Shown here: piece by piece, positions 1 through 7,112 of the stretch
How positions within the stretch are numbered: the first letter of the stretch is position 1
Layout: every line of letters begins with the position of its first letter
From: Acaryochloris marina S15
GTDB taxonomy: Bacteria > Cyanobacteriota > Cyanobacteriia > Thermosynechococcales > Thermosynechococcaceae
Direction of reading: 5' to 3'
Length of the DNA stretch: 32,000 bases
NCBI RefSeq assembly: GCF_018336915.1
Contig: NZ_CP064923.1
Span: 1,830,001-1,862,000, forward strand
Program-made: the position numbers and the translations under genes
Notes under the pieces: generated by a model
The model's database searches: none
Seen by the model: the letters and a program-made list of their open reading frames with translations, nothing else
What the model was told of the DNA's origin: nothing

Positions 1-2
1 GG

Positions 3-1391
3 GGGAATATTGCTGCCTTTGTATCTGATCAGATTAATATTTCGGGCAATACTCCAAATGCAGGCCAACCTAGTGGCATCTTTTCCATAGTTGAGGTAGG
101 AGCATCTGGGGCAGGCGGTCAACTACTCTTAAGTACAGGCCAAGTAGTCATTGACAATGGTGGCCAAATTTCTACCTCTACTACTGGTTTTGGAGCTGCT
201 GGCAAGATTGATATTAGGGCATCACAAGGAGTTACCTTAATCGATCCTGGAAGCGGAGTGTTTGCTAACACTACTGATACTGGACAAGGAGGAACTATTT
301 CATTGTTTACCCCAAATTTTCTGATTGAGAAGGGGGCTGTTGTCAATGCCAGTACTTCTGGGAATGGTCGAGGGGGCAGCATTTTTATCCGGTCCAATCG
401 TTTTACAGCTCGTCAAGGAGGTCAACTTCTATCTACGGCATCGGGTCAGGGACCAGCAGGGGATATCACCTTACAAGTGCGCGACAACATCACCTTGATT
501 GGGGCCAATAGTGGATTGTTTGCTAGCACTACACCTGATTCTACTGGGGCTGCTGGCAATATCTTTATCGATCCGATACAAGTGTTGATCACCAATGGTG
601 CAGCGGTATCAGCGACTAGCTTAGGTATGGGTAAAGGGGGAGATATTCAATTGCGCGCCCGCAATTTAACCCTAGACCAGGGCCAAATTACGGCTGAAGC
701 AGCAGTGGCCCCAGCGGGGGATATTCAGTTAAATATTGCCAACTTCTTACTATTACGAAATGGCAGTTTGATTTCGACGACTGCGGGTGGGGATGCTACG
801 GGGGGCAATATTGATATCAATGCTCAACTCGTTACAGCATTTCCATCGGAGAATAGTGATATTACGGCTAATGCCCTCAATGGTCCAGGTGGCAATATTA
901 CCATTACGACTCAAGGGGTTTTTGGCCTAGAGGTCCGAGACACGCTTACGAATTCCAGTGATATTGCGGCGTTTTCTCAGACTAATCCCCAACTCAACGG
1001 CATTGTCGAAATCATCACTCCTGAGGTGGACCCTAGCGAAAACTTATCTGAACAACCCGATGCCGTTGAAAAGCCGACGGAGATCTCTAGGGGGTGTAAC
1101 GCCCAAACGGCTAGTAGTAGTTTTGTGAGTAAGGGGCGAGGGGGCTTGCCCCACAATCCAGCGACTGCTTTGAGTAGTGAAGCTATCTGGCAGGATCTAC
1201 GTGCGCAAGAAATACAGTCTCCTGTGCAATCCATTAGTCAAATGACACCCAAATCCACTCCACAGGCACCTGTTGCTGCTCCATTCAAATGGGTAGAAGC
1301 CAAAGCTTGGCAAAGGTTACCTAATGGGAAAGTGAAGCTTGTGGGCAATTCAATCAATCAAAACACTTTGCATCCCGCGCCCTCTTGCTAG
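3..1391 (+). CDS. FHA-like beta-helical exoprotein, C-terminal part (5' end lies outside the window)
   Basis: Reading frame 3 is open from base 3 (GNIAAFVSDQINISGN...) into the tracked ORF 258..1391, so the listed Met is internal. The sequence has degenerate Gly/Asn/Thr/Ile-rich repeats (GGxIxI type) typical of FHA/TPS passenger beta-helices. The last ~180 aa align with the C-terminus of the 4216..6984 product: DITANALNG.GG.ITITT.G..GLE, PEVDPSENLSEQP, GRGGLP, WQDLR, and Cys as the last residue. Confidence 0.85.
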   Translation, partial: GNIAAFVSDQINISGNTPNAGQPSGIFSIVEVGASGAGGQLLLSTGQVVIDNGGQISTSTTGFGAAGKIDIRASQGVTLIDPGSGVFANTTDTGQGGTISLFTPNFLIEKGAVVNASTSGNGRGGSIFIRSNRFTARQGGQLLSTASGQGPAGDITLQVRDNITLIGANSGLFASTTPDSTGAAGNIFIDPIQVLITNGAAVSATSLGMGKGGDIQLRARNLTLDQGQITAEAAVAPAGDIQLNIANFLLLRNGSLISTTAGGDATGGNIDINAQLVTAFPSENSDITANALNGPGGNITITTQGVFGLEVRDTLTNSSDIAAFSQTNPQLNGIVEIITPEVDPSENLSEQPDAVEKPTEISRGCNAQTASSSFVSKGRGGLPHNPATALSSEAIWQDLRAQEIQSPVQSISQMTPKSTPQAPVAAPFKWVEAKAWQRLPNGKVKLVGNSINQNTLHPAPSC

Positions 1392-1714
1392 TTCATGTTC
1401 TCTGTCAGTGAAAGGTTCTAGTGCTTTGAAAGGGAATAGCGTAAGCTGCTGTAATCTGAATTACAAACTTATGTAAATCTCTGCACAAATGCCAGCTATT
1501 TTTCTGATAAATGGGTAGTTCGCCATTCATCCTGTCATTTGGGTTGCTATTTAGCATCACTGATGATTCTTGACTTGTTAATCTTTTTTAGTGATCGCAA
1601 AATATAGGCTAGCTGTGATAGATAATAAGCACATCCCATATGATCTTTACTAATTCGATTTTTTCTTTTAAGTCAAGAAAGTATAAGTCAAATATGTAGG
1701 TTGAGTGATTTCAG

Positions 1715-2812
1715 ATGGAATCCCCTAAATACCAATCAAATGAAGGAATAAAGATTGAAGGGGAAATCACATTGCTGATGTATCAGACGACATCAGACAA
1801 GAAAAAAGTTCAGCTCAGCTTATTCAAGCTGACAACAGATGATGATGAAATATTTACTTTCTGCAATCACTATAAAGAGTCTTCCAGTTCAAAAAGCATA
1901 AATATATTAGTGAGTCTGGAAAGCCTGCAATTTTTTGATGAATATAGTCAGAATCATTTTAGTCTCTTGAATAGAGTTGTAATCTCAGTTCGAGAGCAAG
2001 TTTTGGTAAGCATAGAAGCTGTTGCAGAGAAAAAAATATCTCGAAGTCTAAAAACAATCAACCAGGCATCAAATTTTGCGATTAACGCAAGTATCCCTAT
2101 TGAAGTTTTTTGTAATAGCCAACTAGCATCCCGTCATCAAGAGGCTTTTGACGCAGCAGCAGAACGATGGTCACAAATAGTAGTCGGAGGATATCCAAAA
2201 ATTGGAATTAATGCTCCCAAATCAGAAGGTATGATTATTGAGGTATTTACTTCATTTATTGATGGTCCTGGTGGGATTCTGGGGGGGGCCAAACCAATAG
2301 ATATTAGGGCTGGTTGGAGATTACCTAACGCTGGTTGGATGATATTAGACTCTAGTGATATTGAGCGAATGGATGATCAGGATATTTTAGTTGATGTAAT
2401 TTTGCATGAGATTGGACATTTATTAGGTTTAGGGACCCTTTGGCAGGCATCAGGATTAACACAAGGTATTGGAGGCAGTAATCCAGTATTTGTGGGGCAA
2501 AAAACCATGAGCGAATATGCTCGGCTGACAGGTTATACGGCTCCTATTCCTGTTCCGCTAGAGAATAGAGGTGGCTTTGGTACTAGAGATTTTCATTGGC
2601 GAGAATCCATGTTTGGAAATGAGTTAATGACAGGATTGGTAGATGGAAAAATAAACCCAATTAGCCGATTAACTATAGCAGCTTTGGAAGATATTGGTTA
2701 TCAAGTTAACTATGATGCAGCCGATCTTTATTCCATTAAAAATTTTAGCAGACTGAAAAAGCTAAATGATAGTACTCAAGGCATTTCTGGCCTCTACTGC
2801 TCTGTAAAATAA
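1715..2812 (+). CDS. Leishmanolysin-like (peptidase M8-like) zinc metalloprotease with an unrecognised ~190-aa N-terminal region
   Basis: 365-aa ORF. The HExxH zinc site VILHEIGHLLGLGTLW has HEIGH at nt 2405..2419. Family-typical blocks are FDAAAERWSQIVVG, IDGPGGILGGA, PLENRGGFGTRDFHWRESMFGNELMTG and NPISRLTIAALEDIGYQVNYDAAD. No N-terminal signal peptide is visible (MESPKYQSNEGIKIEGE...). Confidence 0.8.
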   Translation: MESPKYQSNEGIKIEGEITLLMYQTTSDKKKVQLSLFKLTTDDDEIFTFCNHYKESSSSKSINILVSLESLQFFDEYSQNHFSLLNRVVISVREQVLVSIEAVAEKKISRSLKTINQASNFAINASIPIEVFCNSQLASRHQEAFDAAAERWSQIVVGGYPKIGINAPKSEGMIIEVFTSFIDGPGGILGGAKPIDIRAGWRLPNAGWMILDSSDIERMDDQDILVDVILHEIGHLLGLGTLWQASGLTQGIGGSNPVFVGQKTMSEYARLTGYTAPIPVPLENRGGFGTRDFHWRESMFGNELMTGLVDGKINPISRLTIAALEDIGYQVNYDAADLYSIKNFSRLKKLNDSTQGISGLYCSVK

Positions 2813-2968
2813 TATGACTAATCATGGGCGAAGGAGATACAAATACTAATTTAAGTCAGCACAGAAAACCTATATGAATATCACACTAATAATTCATGAT
2901 ATATTCACGAGTATATCTTTTTATAGTTAGATTTAATTCATTCTACATTGAACCAAGGAGCTGATACG

Positions 2969-3421
2969 ATGACATCTAATACAATTGACATAAATCCGGA
3001 ATTTGTAAGGATCCTACAATCTGCTGTGGGAACTGATTTAGACTGCGAACAACTTAAAGCACTTAATTCCTCTTCTGTAAATATAGTTTTTGGCTGTGTT
3101 CAAGCATTAAGCTATATCCCTGATCTTAATGATCAAAAATGTAACCCTCCAGAACTTCAGAAAGTTTTACTCAGGGATATTTTTGGTCAAACTAAATCGA
3201 TTAAAAAAACTCGCTCTAACAATGATGATTGTATTGCTGAAAATTTGAATGATTTTGAGAGAATCTTTAAAAATGCTGCTGACTTCGGCCATGAAATTTT
3301 TGCCATTTCAAATGGCAAAAATTTAACTTTAGCTACATTGGTTATCAATAAGTGCAACGCAAAAAATGCTGCCCAAGCTGCATTTATAACTAAAGATGGT
3401 GGCAATCCGAATCCTTTCTAG
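2969..3421 (+). CDS. Hypothetical protein (~150 aa, several Cys), no recognisable family
   Basis: The tracked ORF 2948..3421 begins at a TTG. An AAGGAG Shine-Dalgarno at 2954..2959 sits 9 nt before the ATG at 2969 (MTSNTIDINPEF...), which is the more likely start. AT-rich codon usage matches the surrounding island. Confidence 0.5.
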   Translation: MTSNTIDINPEFVRILQSAVGTDLDCEQLKALNSSSVNIVFGCVQALSYIPDLNDQKCNPPELQKVLLRDIFGQTKSIKKTRSNNDDCIAENLNDFERIFKNAADFGHEIFAISNGKNLTLATLVINKCNAKNAAQAAFITKDGGNPNPF

Positions 3422-3727
3422 TCTTAAGCGCACAGTAAAGCAATAAAACGGCCAAAGTAAAGGCGTTGCTATATGCCAGGATGACTCCAATATTATCTAT
3501 ATCCAGAGATATTTTGTATTGCAAAGCTTTCAAGGTATATCGTTTTTTAAAGTCTTCTTCAAATTTTGCAACGCCCAATAAGGATCAACTGTTGTTTCTA
3601 TCATTAAACGTAGTTTGAGAATTGTTAATACTCCAAAAATAAAAATCGCCGAGACTTCATTATCACCAATTTTACTCAGGTATCTCTTCCCTAAGTCTAT
3701 GCACATATCAAAAGCTAGAAACCCCAC
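3390..3727 (-). pseudogene. Possible frameshifted small membrane protein (two overlapping ORFs, 3530..3727 and 3390..3578)
   Basis: Two short minus-strand ORFs overlap by 49 nt. Each carries one hydrophobic helix-like stretch (VSAIFIFGVLTILKL; IGVILAYSNAFTLAVLLLYCAL). Joined by one frameshift they would give a ~115-aa two-TM protein. There is no homology evidence, and the upstream ORF starts at GTG. Confidence 0.2.
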
Positions 3728-4088
3728 CTACCTACAGTCAGTTATTTAAATTCATTGAGATAAAGGCATATAGTTTTGTGAGAATACTTTGTGACGATAG
3801 CTTCTATCTTATAAATCTTATATAAATGCACTTTTAAGGATTCTCAAATCAAAGAAGCTAGCTAAGAATCTATTTTAGAAGTCTTTGGAAACCCTCGTCA
3901 AATCTAATTTTCAGCGGTTTAACTATTTCGGCCATAACCAAATACTGGATAAGACTTCTGGAAAAATTCCAAACAGATTCTAACATTTTTATTTTTAAAA
4001 AAATGATCCCATCAACCCCAATACTAAAATTTTTAAAGTATGTAGCTTTCACAGTAGTAGAGATTTTTTTTAAAATCCCTAAACTGGA

Positions 4089-4118
4089 ATTCCTATGACC
4101 TAATATTCCTATGACCTA
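4089..4118 (+). repeat. Two perfect 14-bp direct repeats (ATTCCTATGACCTA) spaced 16 bp apart, ~100 bp upstream of the FHA-like gene; candidate operator/activator site
   Basis: The copies lie at 4089..4102 and 4105..4118. A TATAAAT -10-like element follows at 4122..4128. A partial third TCCTAT occurs at ~4148. Confidence 0.6.
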
Positions 4119-4215
4119 CTATATAAATATTCTAAATTATCAAACAATCCTATAGTATAGATTTTCTTACAAAAGAAATCTGACTATTGCACTTAAGTTA
4201 CTTGATAGTTAACTT

Positions 4216-6984
4216 ATGAAGAATTTTATCCCAGCATTAGCAATCGCTCTAAATTTGACACTATTTTTAGCAGAAGCTTCATTTTTTTCTGTTCGGTGTC
4301 AATCAATTCAAGCTGATGGAACAACGCCTACAAAGATAGATCTGCCAGCATTTGGAAAATGCCAAGGTACTTGCACTATTTCAGGAGGAAAGCGTCAAGG
4401 GAATAACTTATTTCATAGCTTTGAAGAATTTAATGTGGACTTAGACTCAACAGTCTTATTTGTAAATCCAAATGCACAAAACATCATTAGCCGTGTGACT
4501 GGTAACAATCCTTCCAATATCTTAGGTACATTAGGAGTACAAAGTGGCGAGGCTAACTTATTTCTTGTAAACCCTAATGGAATTTTGTTTGGAGAAAAAG
4601 CTAGCTTAGGTCTTAACGGATCTTTTATAGCGACAACTGCGAATGCCATTCAATTTGGTAATCAAGGCATTTTGAGCGTTTCTAAATCTGACATTCCAAG
4701 GATTTCTATTAACCCTTCAGCATTGTTTTTTCAAGAAGCTAGTGGCGCAATTGTAAATAGTTCTCGTGAGGGACTTTCTGTACCTACCAGCCATAGCCTC
4801 CACCTTATTGGTGGTGATGTAATCCTAGACAATGGAAGAATCAATAGTTTTGGTGGTCGAGTTGAGTTGGGGGGGCTAGCTACATCTGGAATTGTGACTA
4901 TATTACCGGATAAAGAAGGTTTTTCCCTGAAATTCCCTGATAGCAATTTGAAGTCTAACGTACTACTTACTAACGCAAGAATTGATGTTACAGGTGAGGG
5001 TGGAGGTAATCTATCAATTAATGCAGGTGAGATAGAAATTGAAAGAAGCAGATTACTGGCAGGTATAGGGATTGACCTGGGCTCCAGTTTTACCCAAGCT
5101 GGAAATATTACACTTAAAGCAGATGAATCAATAACGATTCACAGTGAAAGTAATATTAACAATAGACCACTTTTTAATGCAAAAGGTTTAGGTGGTGATG
5201 TTGTTATTAATTCTAAAAGCTTATATGTGACTACAAATTCACAAGTAGGATCAAATACTTTTGGAATTGCATCTGCAGGTAATGTAATTCTAAAAGTTCA
5301 AGAAGAAATATTGTTAGATTCAGGGTCTATTTTTAATAGCGTAGCAACTTTTCAAGATTTTAGGGCAACAGGTAATGGTGGAAAAATAATTGTAGAAACT
5401 GATAAGCTTTATTTGAAAAATGAAGCCGAATTTGCAGCGAACGTTAACGGAACAGGTGATTCTGGTGGAATCACCATCAATGCTAGTGATATTATTCTAA
5501 GCAATTTTAGTGGAATACTTAGTAGTGTCGAAACAGGTGGAATTGGACAAGGTGGGGAAATAAGAATATTCACTGATACCCTTACTTTGCAAAGTGGATC
5601 GCAAATTGCCTCATCTGTCCTCAGGGCAGTAGGTGGTACACCTGGTGGAATTGGGGAAGGTGGAGATATACATATTGAGGCATCTGAAAGTATTAACATA
5701 TCTGGTTTCGATGAGACGAACGGATTCCCCAGCGGCATTTTAGCCGCTACTGAAGAGGGCGCTATTGGTCCTGCAGGAAATATAATTATAAAAACTGATA
5801 CCTTTAGTATTGTTGATGGAGCATTGTTAAACACAGATACTTTTAATAAGAGTGATGGTGGAAGCATTACAATTTTTTCAAATAACCTTGAAGTAATTAA
5901 TGGAGGTCGAATTAGCACCGCAACTTTTAATCAAGGTAATGCAGGTTTTATTAAGCTTAATGTGACAGGAGAGATAAAATTAGCTGGTAGTGATGCAAAT
6001 TTTGATCGCCGCCTTAAATTGATTGAAACTTTTTTAGTTGAAGCTGGTAGTGATAAAAATTTAGTTATAGACCGGATCAATAGCCTAAGAGACATTGGTC
6101 CTAACAGTGGTCTTTATGCTAGTGCGACTTCAGGTGCTTCTGGTAAAGCTGGAAATATTTCTATTGACCCCAGATTAGTTTTGATTCAAGATGGTGCCAA
6201 TATTACTGTTAATAACGCTGGCTCTGGACCAGGCGGTGATATTTTTCTCCAATCGATTGATTTGACTCTTGATAACGGAACAATCTCTGCAACATCTAAT
6301 AGTAATTCTGGTGGTAATATCTCTCTCTTAATAGATAATATTTTATTACTGCGCAATAACAGCCAGATATCAACTACTGCCGCTGGCGATGGCACAGGTG
6401 GAAATATTGATATCAAAGCCAGCCTTATAGTTGCCTATCCATTTGAAAATAATGATATAACTGCCAATGCGTTGAATGGGAAAGGTGGAAAAATTACTAT
6501 TACTACTAAGGGGATTTATGGGCTAGAGGAAAGAAATCAACTTACTGACTTAAGCGACATTACCGCTTTCTCACAAAATACTCAATTGAATGGGGTTGTG
6601 GAAATCACTAATCCAGAAGTCGACCCAAGTGAAAATCTATCTGAGCAACCTGAAGTCGTAGAACCCCCGAAAGAAATTGCCAAAGGCTGCCGACCTGGCC
6701 AATCCCTCGGTGGCAGCACATTCACCCACGTGGGTCGCGGTGGACTCCCTATAAGCCCCCACCACACCCAAACCCCCACCACTGTCTGGCAAGATCTTCG
6801 CTCTCACAACCTCCAACCCACCTCCATCAGCACCACCGATACATCACCCTCTTCCCTTATCCCCTCCCCGCCCCCCAACATCACCGAAGCCAAAGGCTGG
6901 ACCAAAGACACCCAAGGCCGTATTTACCTAACTGCCGACGTTCCCCAACCAGCCCAGAGCCTCCAACCCATTGCAACTTGCTAG
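4216..6984 (+). CDS. Filamentous-hemagglutinin-family exoprotein with N-terminal TPS (haemagglutination-activity) secretion domain
   Basis: 922 aa with a signal-peptide-like N-terminus (MKNFIPALAIALNLTLFLAEASFF). TPS-domain hallmarks are NLFHSFEEFNV, NIISRVTG and NLFLVNPNGILFG. A long degenerate beta-helix repeat region follows, then a conserved C-terminal module (6454..6984) shared with the 3..1391 product, and a Pro/Thr-rich tail ending in Cys. Confidence 0.9.
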   Translation: MKNFIPALAIALNLTLFLAEASFFSVRCQSIQADGTTPTKIDLPAFGKCQGTCTISGGKRQGNNLFHSFEEFNVDLDSTVLFVNPNAQNIISRVTGNNPSNILGTLGVQSGEANLFLVNPNGILFGEKASLGLNGSFIATTANAIQFGNQGILSVSKSDIPRISINPSALFFQEASGAIVNSSREGLSVPTSHSLHLIGGDVILDNGRINSFGGRVELGGLATSGIVTILPDKEGFSLKFPDSNLKSNVLLTNARIDVTGEGGGNLSINAGEIEIERSRLLAGIGIDLGSSFTQAGNITLKADESITIHSESNINNRPLFNAKGLGGDVVINSKSLYVTTNSQVGSNTFGIASAGNVILKVQEEILLDSGSIFNSVATFQDFRATGNGGKIIVETDKLYLKNEAEFAANVNGTGDSGGITINASDIILSNFSGILSSVETGGIGQGGEIRIFTDTLTLQSGSQIASSVLRAVGGTPGGIGEGGDIHIEASESINISGFDETNGFPSGILAATEEGAIGPAGNIIIKTDTFSIVDGALLNTDTFNKSDGGSITIFSNNLEVINGGRISTATFNQGNAGFIKLNVTGEIKLAGSDANFDRRLKLIETFLVEAGSDKNLVIDRINSLRDIGPNSGLYASATSGASGKAGNISIDPRLVLIQDGANITVNNAGSGPGGDIFLQSIDLTLDNGTISATSNSNSGGNISLLIDNILLLRNNSQISTTAAGDGTGGNIDIKASLIVAYPFENNDITANALNGKGGKITITTKGIYGLEERNQLTDLSDITAFSQNTQLNGVVEITNPEVDPSENLSEQPEVVEPPKEIAKGCRPGQSLGGSTFTHVGRGGLPISPHHTQTPTTVWQDLRSHNLQPTSISTTDTSPSSLIPSPPPNITEAKGWTKDTQGRIYLTADVPQPAQSLQPIATC

Positions 6985-7112
6985 ACACCCCAGATTGACC
7001 GAAAATAAATGACTAAATCGGGAAACTGGGCATTTGTCATTCGTTTGTGAACATGGGCAAAAGAATCTGGAAAAGCATCACACCATCAACAACCGTGAGG
7101 AAGGGAACATTA

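Noticed and set aside
3870-4052. 60-aa minus-strand ORF in the AT-rich spacer upstream of the FHA-like gene.
   Set aside because: It is short, lies in ~30% GC DNA where stop-free stretches of this size are not informative, and has no RBS or motif.
5409-5918. 169-aa antisense ORF inside the FHA-like gene, together with other antisense ORFs at 119..397, 977..1234, 4413..4649, 4731..4946, 6186..6416 and 6582..6782.
   Set aside because: These ORFs lie entirely within well-supported plus-strand FHA-like coding sequence. Their Pro/Ile/Ser-rich low-complexity translations are the expected shadow of Gly/Asn/Ile-rich repeats. No start context or motif supports them.
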